Below are positions 20,650-28,765 of a stretch of DNA of 64,000 bases, one piece after another. Position 1 is the stretch's first letter. The number at the start of each line of letters is the position of its first letter. The notes below the pieces were generated by a model. That model was not told the origin of the DNA, made no database searches, and saw only the letters and a program-made list of their open reading frames with translations. The stretch comes from an uncultured Bifidobacteriaceae bacterium (GTDB taxonomy: Bacteria; Acidobacteriota; Vicinamibacteria; Vicinamibacterales; UBA2999). The stretch is taken from NCBI GenBank assembly GCA_964643765.1, contig CAZXTM010000005.1:1677-65676 (forward strand), in the 5' to 3' direction. Made by a program: the position numbers and the translations under genes.

Positions 20650-21396
20650 TCAGCTGCAGCGGCCGGTGACGTAGTCTTCGGTCAGCCGCTCAGCGGGGGT
20701 GGTGAACAGGCGCGCGGTCGGGCTGCATTCCACCAGCCGCCCCAGCCACAGGAAGGCGGTCTGATCGGAGACGCGCGCCGCCTGTCGGAGGCTGTGCGTG
20801 ACGAGCACCACCGTTAGCCGCTGCCGCCAGGCGTAGATCAGCGACTCGATGCGCTGCGTGGCGACCGGATCAAGCCCGGCGGACGGGTCATCCAGGAGCA
20901 GCACTTCCGGTCCGAGCGCCAGGGCGCGGGCGAGGGTCAGCCGCCGTTGCTGACTGGCCGAGAGCGCCCGTGCAGGCCCGTCGAGCTGATCCTTCACCTC
21001 GTCCCAGAGGTGTACTTCGCGCAGCGCCTGCTCGGCCCGGCCCGTCTGCTCGTGCCTGCCGCGGCACTGGCCGCTGACCTGCAGGCCGTAGGTCATGTTG
21101 TCGAGCACGCTGCCTGGCAGTAGCGCCGTGTCGGCCCCGACCAGGCCGACCCGCCGTCGCAGCTCGGTGGTGCGGACGTCCGGGGAGAAGATAGACGCGC
21201 CGTGCAGCCGGACATCGCCCTCGATCCGCACGGCCGGCAGCAGGGCCACCATACGGTTCAGCGTTCGCAGCAGAGTGGTCTTGCCGCAGCCGGTGGGGCC
21301 GATGATCGCCGTCACGGTGCCCGCGGGAATGTCGAGCGACACGCCATCGAGCGCCCGGACGCCACCCACATGGACGGAGAGGCGGAGCGTCTGCAT
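20650..21396 (-). CDS. pstB: phosphate ABC transporter ATP-binding protein PstB
   Basis: Walker A GPTGCGKTT, signature LSASQQRR, Walker B LLLDDPSAGLD, and the PstB-like LNRM and RRRVGLV segments. ATG 21396 shares one nt with the upstream TGA; in-frame GTGs at 21399 and 21402 are alternatives. Confidence 0.92.
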   Translation of the reverse strand: MQTLRLSVHVGGVRALDGVSLDIPAGTVTAIIGPTGCGKTTLLRTLNRMVALLPAVRIEGDVRLHGASIFSPDVRTTELRRRVGLVGADTALLPGSVLDNMTYGLQVSGQCRGRHEQTGRAEQALREVHLWDEVKDQLDGPARALSASQQRRLTLARALALGPEVLLLDDPSAGLDPVATQRIESLIYAWRQRLTVVLVTHSLRQAARVSDQTAFLWLGRLVECSPTARLFTTPAERLTEDYVTGRCS

Positions 21397-22586
21397 CACC
21401 ACGAGCGGAACTCCCGCAGCGAGGACCGGGTCTGCAGCAGCCAGACGCCAGCCAGGGTCAGGCCGACCAGCAGCCAGATCGCGGGAGGGACGTCGGCGAA
21501 CCCGGCAGGCAGGCGCATCAGGTCACCCACCGAGGAAGTCGCCGGGGTGAGATCCCAGCGGGCCTGCATGCCCCGCGACCACGACGGCATGGCGGCGGGA
21601 TCGGTGGCCGCCACGCCGATCAGCACGAGCGGCCCCCAGTCGGCGGTCGTCTTCGCGACGGCTCCGCTCAACCGCCTGAGCATCGGTCTCGCGGCGGCGG
21701 GCAGCACGAGCTGCCGCAGCGTCTGCCGGCGGCTGGCCCCGAGCGCCCACGATGCCTCCCGGAGGGCCACGGGCACCGACGCCAGCGCAGAGCGGACGGA
21801 CAGTGCCGCATGGGGGCCCAGCAGCAACGCGAACAACAGCGCGGCCTCGGCGGCGCCGGGGGGACTCTGTCGGGCGGCGGCCATCACCACGAGCAGCAGC
21901 GTGGCATAGACGAGGGGAGGCAGCGCCGAGAGCCAGGTGATGACGCCATCCATGCGCCGGGGCCACCGGGTGCCCCCGGCGAAGTCTTCGACGTAAATCC
22001 CGACCAGGGTGCTTGAGAGCAGGGTCGCGGCGGCCGCCCCCAGCACCAGCGGCCCGAGCCCGGCGTCCGGCGACGGCGGGCTGTCGGCCCAGCCGCCCGG
22101 CGATGCGGCTGTGGCCGCCTGGAGCAGCGCGACGGTCAGCAAGGCCCCGAGTGCCTGGGCGCCGGCGGCCAGGGCCGCGCCGGCGAGCGCGGGAAAGGCC
22201 GCGGGCAGCACCAGGGTGAGCGTGATGGACAGCGGACTGGCCCCGAGCGCGGCCGCCGCATCCCGCAGGGGCGGGGTGATCCCACGCAGGATGCGGTCGC
22301 TATGGACCGAGAGCCTCGGCGTCAGTACCAGGGCCAGCAGCAGCGGCGCGAACCACGAGGACGACCACGTTGCGGGAGCAGGGGCCATGGTCACAAGCGC
22401 CAGCAGCAGCGCGACCATGGGAATCCCGGCCAGCAGGCGCACCGTCTGCCGGAGGCCTGCTGCGACAGCTGGCGGTAGCTGGGGCAGCACCAGGGCTCCG
22501 CCGACCGCCAGGGCCGCAGCCATCGCGAGCGCCAGAACGGCGACGACGATCAGGCCGGGCAGTGACAGCGCCTGGACGGGCAGCAT
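21396..22586 (-). CDS. fused, compact PstC/PstA-like ABC permease (two EAA loops in 396 aa)
   Basis: Two permease halves, each with an EAA-type loop (RDAAAALGASPLSITLTLVLPAA and REASWALGASRRQTLRQLVLPAA) and an IP-containing TM (LLAGIPMVALL, LSALPPLVYA). Located between ppx and pstB. Confidence 0.75.
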   Translation of the reverse strand: MLPVQALSLPGLIVVAVLALAMAAALAVGGALVLPQLPPAVAAGLRQTVRLLAGIPMVALLLALVTMAPAPATWSSSWFAPLLLALVLTPRLSVHSDRILRGITPPLRDAAAALGASPLSITLTLVLPAAFPALAGAALAAGAQALGALLTVALLQAATAASPGGWADSPPSPDAGLGPLVLGAAAATLLSSTLVGIYVEDFAGGTRWPRRMDGVITWLSALPPLVYATLLLVVMAAARQSPPGAAEAALLFALLLGPHAALSVRSALASVPVALREASWALGASRRQTLRQLVLPAAARPMLRRLSGAVAKTTADWGPLVLIGVAATDPAAMPSWSRGMQARWDLTPATSSVGDLMRLPAGFADVPPAIWLLVGLTLAGVWLLQTRSSLREFRSW

Positions 22587-22622
22587 GTCCAGAGACTACT
22601 CCGGTTCCGGACACCCCGTCCG

Positions 22623-24242
22623 TTACCGGCGTGTTAAATCGGCGCGCAGGTGGCGCCGGGCCGGCACACGCGCGGTCCGCGTGCGGGTCGCCGCAGGGCC
22701 GGCCTGATCCTGCTGGATCTTGGCGAGTACGACCGGCTTGCCGAGGGCCTCTTCAAGCACCGGCAGCTGCCGCCGGGTCGCCCACGCCTCAAGCTCGGCG
22801 TCGCCATTCACCGTCAGGTGCAGCCTGATGTCAGCCCCCCGGTCGCGCAGGGTGAGCTGCTGCACGACACCGTGGCGGGACCGGTCGAGCGTCTCGGCGA
22901 GGCGCAGGAAGGCTGCCAGGATGCGGACACGGCGGCGGTCGGCGGTGTCGAGTGCAGCGAAGCCCTCGTGATCGCGCTTGGGTGCGGCGCGCCGATGGTA
23001 GCGGGCGATGAGGGCCATCAGGTCGATCTCACGGGGCTCGAATCCGCGCAGGTCTCCGTGCTTGATCAGGTAATGGGAATGGCGGTGATGGCGTTCGAAG
23101 CTGATGTGATTGCCGATGTCATGCAGCAGGGCTGCATACTCCAGCCACTCACGCTCGGTATCGCTGTAGCCGTGCAGCCGCCGGGTGTCGTCGAACATGG
23201 CCAGTGCCAGTCGTGTGACCTGCCGCGCGTGGGCATCTTCCCACTGGCAACGCTCGGCCAGCTCCATGACCGACCGTCTCCGGACATCCGGATACTGATC
23301 GGCGCGGGCGATGTCACTGGCATGCTTCCGGATGTAGTCGAGGACGACGCCCTCGCGCAGGGCGAGGTCGCACAGCGTCAGTTCATGGGCCCCCAGCCGG
23401 TCCATCAGGGTGTCGAGCAGGATGGCTCCGGCCACCACCAGGTCGACACGTTTCGGGTCGAGTCCGGGAATCTGCAGGCGGGCATCGAGGTCGAGGGATG
23501 TGACCAGCTTCCTCACCTGGCGGATTGCCCGCGCGGACACCCGCAGGTTGCGCAGTTCGTCGGGCGGCGTCCCGTACTCGAGCGTTGCGGCCAGCTGGCC
23601 GATCGACAGGATGGTCCCCGACGTGCCGACCACGCGTCCCCCGCCGGCGCCCCCGATCAGTGCGAGGTATTCGTCGACGTCCTGGCGGATGAAGTCGACC
23701 AGCCGGCGCTCATCCCTGCGCGAGAGGGGATCCGAGAGCACGAAGCGCTCGGTGAGACGGATGACGCCCAGCTTGAACGATCGTGCGAGCCGCGCCTCTG
23801 GACCGCTGCCAAGCGTGATCTCGACACTGCCGCCGCCGATGTCGATCGCCACGACGGGCGCGGTGGTGTCGACGCCGTAGACGACGGCCCGGTGAATCAG
23901 CCGCGCTTCCTCCGTGCCCGAGATGAGTCGGGGTCTGATGCCGGTATGTGTTTCGATCGCCGACAGGAATGCACCGCCATTTTGGGCTTCCCGCGTGGCG
24001 CTTGTGGCAACGGCCAGGAGCTGGTCCACCTGATGCGAGCGAGCCAGGCGCTCGAACTTCGACAGCGCCTGCAGGGCTGCCGTCTGCGGGGCACGCGCCA
24101 GTTCGCCGCCGTCGAGGCCGCCGCTGCCGAGCCGCACCATCTCCTTCTCGCGGTCGATGATCTCGAACGACTGGTCGCCGCGCACCTGCACCACGATCAT
24201 GTGCACCGAATTGGTTCCGATGTCGATGGCGGCCAGTCGCAT
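22623..24242 (-). CDS. ppx: Ppx/GppA-family exopolyphosphatase with C-terminal HD domain
   Basis: N-terminal actin-like ATPase fold (AAIDIGTNSVHMIVV, AIDIGGGSVEI) and an HD segment (LLHDIGNHISFERHHRHSHYLI). Confidence 0.9.
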   Translation of the reverse strand: MRLAAIDIGTNSVHMIVVQVRGDQSFEIIDREKEMVRLGSGGLDGGELARAPQTAALQALSKFERLARSHQVDQLLAVATSATREAQNGGAFLSAIETHTGIRPRLISGTEEARLIHRAVVYGVDTTAPVVAIDIGGGSVEITLGSGPEARLARSFKLGVIRLTERFVLSDPLSRRDERRLVDFIRQDVDEYLALIGGAGGGRVVGTSGTILSIGQLAATLEYGTPPDELRNLRVSARAIRQVRKLVTSLDLDARLQIPGLDPKRVDLVVAGAILLDTLMDRLGAHELTLCDLALREGVVLDYIRKHASDIARADQYPDVRRRSVMELAERCQWEDAHARQVTRLALAMFDDTRRLHGYSDTEREWLEYAALLHDIGNHISFERHHRHSHYLIKHGDLRGFEPREIDLMALIARYHRRAAPKRDHEGFAALDTADRRRVRILAAFLRLAETLDRSRHGVVQQLTLRDRGADIRLHLTVNGDAELEAWATRRQLPVLEEALGKPVVLAKIQQDQAGPAATRTRTARVPARRHLRADLTRR

Positions 24243-24264
24243 GGCAGGGCGTGCGGGTCAGCCG

Positions 24265-24276
24265 TCAGTATACTGA
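24265..24276. promoter_or_regulatory. perfect 12-bp palindrome TCAGTATACTGA in the 41-bp ppx / lipid-kinase divergent gap
   Basis: It contains TATACT on both strands. It is flanked by GGGTCAG (24255-24261) and CTGACCC (24273-24279), which could alternatively pair. Confidence 0.3.
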
Positions 24277-24283
24277 CCCCGCC

Positions 24284-25192
24284 ATGCGCGTGCTCGTCGT
24301 CATCAACCCGTTCTCCGGCGCCAGCCGGCGCCAGCCCGTGCCGGCGCGCGTGGCACTGGCGACGCGCGTCCTGCAGGCGTCGGGCCACGAGCCTGATGTG
24401 CGCGTGACGACCGGGCCTGACGATGCCCGCCGCTGGACGCAGGAGGCGGTAGCGGCTGGCGTCGACCGGGTCGTGGCATGGGGAGGAGACGGCACGGTGA
24501 ATGCCGTGGCATCGGCGCTGGTCGGCTCACAGACCACCCTGGCCATCGTCCGTGCGGGGTCGGGCAACGGCCTGGCGCGCGAACTGGGGGTGCCCGCCGA
24601 CGCCGAATCGGCGCTGCAGATGGCGGCCGGGCCGGTGACACGCGTGATCGATGTGGCGAGGCTCAATGGCCGCTGGTTCGTGAACGTCGCCGGCGTGGGC
24701 TTCGATGCCGAGGTGGCGCACGGCATCGCGAAGCCCGGGGCTCGCCGGGGCCTGCTGGGCTACGTCTGGCTGGTGGCCACGCTCGGGCCGCGGTATCGTC
24801 CCCGCCGCTATACCGTCTCGGTGGACGGAGAGGTACTGGCGATGCGGGCGTGGGTGATTGCGCTCGCCAATTCCCGCCAGTACGGGCACGAGGCCATCGT
24901 GGCGCCCCGGGCCAGGCTGGATGACGGCCTGCTTGACGTGGTGGTGGTGGAGACACCGCCGCTGTGGCAGGTGGTGCGCGACCTGCCGAGGCTCTTCCGC
25001 GGTCGCCTGGCGCCGGGGCCCTGCCTGCACATGCGCCAGGGGCGGACGATCCGAATCACGCATGACGGACCGATGGCCGCGCACGTGGACGGCGAGCCCC
25101 TGATGGCCGACGGAGTGGTTGACGTCACGCTGACACCCGGTGCGCTCCGCGTCTGCGTGCCGGCGGGTGCTGATCAGGCAAGGAATCGGTAG
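24284..25192 (+). CDS. diacylglycerol/lipid kinase family protein (YegS/BmrU-like)
   Basis: MRVLVVINPFSGA, GGDGTVN, and GSGNGLAREL motifs. Start taken at ATG 24284, the second Met of the listed ORF. Confidence 0.88.
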   Translation: MRVLVVINPFSGASRRQPVPARVALATRVLQASGHEPDVRVTTGPDDARRWTQEAVAAGVDRVVAWGGDGTVNAVASALVGSQTTLAIVRAGSGNGLARELGVPADAESALQMAAGPVTRVIDVARLNGRWFVNVAGVGFDAEVAHGIAKPGARRGLLGYVWLVATLGPRYRPRRYTVSVDGEVLAMRAWVIALANSRQYGHEAIVAPRARLDDGLLDVVVVETPPLWQVVRDLPRLFRGRLAPGPCLHMRQGRTIRITHDGPMAAHVDGEPLMADGVVDVTLTPGALRVCVPAGADQARNR

Positions 25193-25875
25193 CCGAGTCC
25201 CACGACCGTCTCGATCTGCTGCCCGGCGGGCCCGAGCTTGGCCCGCAGACGGCCGACATGCACATCGACCGACCGGGTTTCGATGACCTGGTCGTAGCCC
25301 CACACCCGCTCGAGCAGCCGGTCGCGCGAGAGCACCCGGTTCCGGTTCTCGACGAGATACTTCAGCAGTTCAAATTCGCGACGAGTCAGGCGCACTGGCG
25401 CGCCATCTACGGTAATCGACACGGCGTCGAAGTCGGCGACGAGGTGCCGTCCCCGATACACCTGCGCCGTCGGCGCTTCGGCCGACTTGCCCCGCCGCAG
25501 GGCCGCGCGCACGCGGGCCGCCAGTTCACGCAGGCTGAACGGCTTGGTGATGTAGTCGTCGGCGCCGGCATCGAGACCCGTCACCCGGTCAGACTCGCTG
25601 GCCATGGCCGTCAGCATGATGATGGGCACCTGAGCTGTGGCCGAACGCGCCTTGAGCAGTCGACAGACTTCCAGGCCACCGAGCACGGGCAGGTTAAGGT
25701 CGAGAATGATCACATCCGGGGGCTGCTCCCCCGCCAGCTTCAGGGCCTGATCGCCGCTGGTGGCGACCTCGACCGTGGCAATCCCTCCCCGTTCGAGGGC
25801 ATGCCTGATCAGTCCGGCAATCTCCTGTTCGTCTTCGACAACCAGCACCCGGGGACGGGTCGCGGCGGGGCACAT
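25174..25875 (-). CDS. OmpR/PhoB-family response regulator (no adjacent kinase)
   Basis: Receiver domain (VLVVEDE, DVIILDLNLP, DDYITKPF) plus a winged-helix output (LTRREFELLKYL, VDVHVGRLRAKL, GLGYRF). Its 3' end overlaps the convergent lipid kinase gene by 19 nt. Confidence 0.92.
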   Translation of the reverse strand: MCPAATRPRVLVVEDEQEIAGLIRHALERGGIATVEVATSGDQALKLAGEQPPDVIILDLNLPVLGGLEVCRLLKARSATAQVPIIMLTAMASESDRVTGLDAGADDYITKPFSLRELAARVRAALRRGKSAEAPTAQVYRGRHLVADFDAVSITVDGAPVRLTRREFELLKYLVENRNRVLSRDRLLERVWGYDQVIETRSVDVHVGRLRAKLGPAGQQIETVVGLGYRFLA

Positions 25876-25884
25876 ACCTGAACC

Positions 25885-25938
25885 AGACTAGCGGCCGGAG
25901 GTTTCCTTCCCGTGACGAACCGGTTAATTGTGGGTTAC
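25885..25938 (-). promoter_or_regulatory. four 11-bp-phased heptamers + -10-like hexamer upstream of the orphan response regulator
   Basis: Minus strand reads GTAACCC acaa TTAACCG gttc GTCACGG gaag GAAACCT ccggccgc TAGTCT ggttcaggt ATG. Heptamers are at 25938-25932, 25927-25921, 25916-25910 and 25905-25899; the hexamer is at 25890-25885. Confidence 0.45.
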
Positions 25939-25948
25939 GTCTGCGTCC

Positions 25949-27220
25949 TCACACCCGGGTGCCCGGGGGAATCACGCTCCCCTTCGGGACCACGATGATA
26001 CCGTTGCGGATGCAATAGCCGTCGCCGTCGGCCTGATCCACATTCGCCGCATTGACGAGCTGCACATCGTCACCGATGTGGGCGTTCTTGTCGACGATGA
26101 CGCGGTCGAGCGTGACGCGGCAGCCAATGCCGAGGGGCACGGTCTGCCCGGCGTGCGTGCGCTCGATCTCGGGCTGGTAGTAGTCGGCGCCGAGCAGCAC
26201 CGATCGGCTGATGCGGGTGCCGGCGCCGATGCGCGAGCGGATGCCCACCACCGAATCGTTGACGACGGCGTGCTCGAGGTAACAGCCCTCGGCAATCAGC
26301 CCGTTGGTGACCTGCGAGCCTACAAGCTTCGACGGCGGCAGGAACCGGGTGTGCGTGTAGATCGGATAGACGGGGTCGTAGAAGCTGAAGGGCGCATGTG
26401 GCCGCGTCAGCATCACGTTGGCATCGTAGAAGCTCTGGATGGTGCCGACATCGGCCCAGTAGCCGCGGTGTGGGAAGGCGCGGACGCGATAGCGCTGCAG
26501 TGCGGCAGGAATCAGCTCGCGCCCGAAGTCATGGCCGGTCTCGGTCTCCAGCAGTTCGAGGAGCACGTCGCGCGAGAACAGGTAGATGCCCATCGACGCG
26601 ATGAACGGCCGTGCGGGATCGGCCTGCGTAAAGCCGGTGCCGCGTCCGAGCTGCGGAGCCATGGCGGCCAGGCGATCGGCAGAGGGCTTCTCCTCGAAGC
26701 CGGCGATGCGTCCGCGGCCGTCGAACGTGAAGATGCCCATGCCGGTGGCCTCGCCGGCATCGACCGGCAGGGCAGCGATCGTGACATCGGCCTGCTGCTC
26801 GAGATGCGCATCGAGCAGCTCGGCGTAGTTCATGCGGTAGAGATGGTCACCGGCGAGGATCAGGTAATGCTCGGCCTCGTGCTGGATGAAGTGGCGCTGC
26901 GCCTTGCGCACGGCGTCGGCGGTGCCCTGGAACCAGGCGGTCGACTCCGGCGTTTGCTCGGCCGCCAGAATTTCGACGAAGCCGCGTGAGAAGTGATCCA
27001 TCCGATAGGTGCGGCTGACGTGCCGGTTGAGCGAGGCCGAGTTGAACTGCGTCAGGACGAAAATCCGGCGCAGATCGGCGTGCAGGCAGTTGCTGATGGG
27101 CACGTCGACCAGGCGGTACTTGCCGCCGATGGGCACGGCCGGCTTCGACCGCAGTTCGGTCAGTGGATGCAGGCGGCTGCCTTGACCGCCGCCGAGGATG
27201 AGGGCCAGGACATTGCGCAT
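25949..27220 (-). CDS. glgC: glucose-1-phosphate adenylyltransferase
   Basis: LILGGGQGSRLHPLT, KPAVPIGGKYRLVDVPISNC, FQGTADAV, and a C-terminal left-handed beta-helix repeat region. ATG 27220; an in-frame GTG at 27223 is the alternative. Confidence 0.93.
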   Translation of the reverse strand: MRNVLALILGGGQGSRLHPLTELRSKPAVPIGGKYRLVDVPISNCLHADLRRIFVLTQFNSASLNRHVSRTYRMDHFSRGFVEILAAEQTPESTAWFQGTADAVRKAQRHFIQHEAEHYLILAGDHLYRMNYAELLDAHLEQQADVTIAALPVDAGEATGMGIFTFDGRGRIAGFEEKPSADRLAAMAPQLGRGTGFTQADPARPFIASMGIYLFSRDVLLELLETETGHDFGRELIPAALQRYRVRAFPHRGYWADVGTIQSFYDANVMLTRPHAPFSFYDPVYPIYTHTRFLPPSKLVGSQVTNGLIAEGCYLEHAVVNDSVVGIRSRIGAGTRISRSVLLGADYYQPEIERTHAGQTVPLGIGCRVTLDRVIVDKNAHIGDDVQLVNAANVDQADGDGYCIRNGIIVVPKGSVIPPGTRV

Positions 27221-27272
27221 CACGGGGTCAGGATACCAGCAGACGGGTCGCGGCGGCCCTGCGGATGCGGCC

Positions 27273-28700
27273 TCACCAGAGGCCGATGAGCTTCCACCAC
27301 CCGAAGCCGACGGTGAGCCAGAGGGCCATGTTGGCGAGCGAGACGATGAACCCGACGCGCCACCAGTCTCGGAGCGGGACGTAGCCGAGCCCGAAGAGGA
27401 TCGGCGCCGGGGTGGTGCCGTAGTGCGTCAGCCCGGCGGGCAGATTGGCCAGGCAGAGCAGGCTGTAGACGGCCAGCGGCGGCGGGACGCCGAGGCCGAC
27501 GAGCAGCACGACGAAGGGAGGGAAGAGCGCAAGCATGTGTGCCGTGATGCTGGCGAAGGCATAGTGCGTGTAGAAGTAGACGACCAGCACGGCCAGCAGG
27601 ACGACGATCCAGGGAATGCCTGCGAACAGCGCACCCACCGAGGTGGCAAACGCGGTGGTGACCCCGGTGCCGTTGAGCAGTTCGCCCATCCGCAGCAGGC
27701 CGCCGTACCAGACGAAGACATCCCAGGCCGACTTCTCGCGCATGGCGGTGTCCCACGGCAGCGTGCCGGTGACGAGCAGGACGCCGAACCCGGAGAGGGC
27801 GACGACGGTCACGTCGAGCCGGTGCCAGGCCGACGTCATCCAGAGCAGGCCCACGCCGGCGAAGACCGCCAGGGTGATGCGTTCAGCGGGTGACATCGGG
27901 CCCATGCGGGCCAGTTCGGCGGCAGCGAAGGCCGGTGCCTCGGGCGTGCGGCGCACCGTGGGCTGCATCACGCGCTGCACGACCCAGGGCAGCACGAGAG
28001 CCGAGGCGAGCCCGGGCACGAGAGCCGCCACGAACCAGCTGGACCAGGTGACCTCGACCTGCACCAGCGTGCGGGCGAGGTTGGCGCCGAGGATGTTGCT
28101 GGCCTGGCCCGTGAAGAACATGGCGCACGCGACGCCCGAGCCCTGGTAGATGCCGGCGACAAGGTAGGCACCGAGCCGGTTGGCGGTCGGACCGGGAGAC
28201 GAGTCGAAGAGGTCGGCGATGCGGACGGCGATCGGCGTGATCATGCCTGCCGTGCGCGCCGTAATCGATGGCACGCCCGAGGCCAGCGTGACGTCGGTCG
28301 CGAGCAGCGCATAGGACACGCCGAGTGAGCTGCTGCCGAAGGCGCGGATAAAGAGCAGCGCAATGCGCCGCGCCAGCCCGGTGTCGAGCATCGTCCGGGC
28401 GATGAGCATGGCGAGGATGACGAGCCACACGGACGGCTCGGCATAGCCGCCGAGGGCCTGCTTGATGGGCGTGCCGTTGGCGGTCATGGCCGTGAGGCCC
28501 AGCAGCACGAGGGCCGAGGCGGGCAGCGGCTCGACGATCATTCCCGCAATGACGCAGAGGAAGATGGCCGCCAGCCGCCAGCCTTCGGGCGTCACCGTCT
28601 CGGGACGCGGAATGACGAACACCACCAGCGCATAGAGCGCCGCCAGTATGAGCCAGCCGCGCAGTTGCGCGCGCGCCGTCGGGACCCGGGCTTCAGCCAT
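27273..28700 (-). CDS. DASS-family (divalent anion:Na+ symporter-like) anion transporter
   Basis: About 12 TM segments with the internal duplication typical of DASS / 2-oxoglutarate-malate translocators (GVPSITARTAGMITPIA in the first half, LANLPAGLTHYGTTPAPI in the second). Confidence 0.82.
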   Translation of the reverse strand: MAEARVPTARAQLRGWLILAALYALVVFVIPRPETVTPEGWRLAAIFLCVIAGMIVEPLPASALVLLGLTAMTANGTPIKQALGGYAEPSVWLVILAMLIARTMLDTGLARRIALLFIRAFGSSSLGVSYALLATDVTLASGVPSITARTAGMITPIAVRIADLFDSSPGPTANRLGAYLVAGIYQGSGVACAMFFTGQASNILGANLARTLVQVEVTWSSWFVAALVPGLASALVLPWVVQRVMQPTVRRTPEAPAFAAAELARMGPMSPAERITLAVFAGVGLLWMTSAWHRLDVTVVALSGFGVLLVTGTLPWDTAMREKSAWDVFVWYGGLLRMGELLNGTGVTTAFATSVGALFAGIPWIVVLLAVLVVYFYTHYAFASITAHMLALFPPFVVLLVGLGVPPPLAVYSLLCLANLPAGLTHYGTTPAPILFGLGYVPLRDWWRVGFIVSLANMALWLTVGFGWWKLIGLW

Positions 28701-28765
28701 GCGCGCGGATTATAGTGCGCGGCCGCGCCGCCGGGGTCTGTGGCTGGCGCACGCCGTATCCCCGG

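Noticed and set aside
24255-24270. GTCAGCC GTCAGTA direct repeats upstream of ppx as a possible Pho box.
   Set aside because: The repeat period is 7 nt rather than 11, and the second copy is part of the 12-bp palindrome. It does not fit the geometry shared by the other six sites.
22650-24407. 585-aa ORF antisense to ppx.
   Set aside because: ppx has clear Ppx/GppA and HD motifs. The antisense ORF is a GC-driven open frame.
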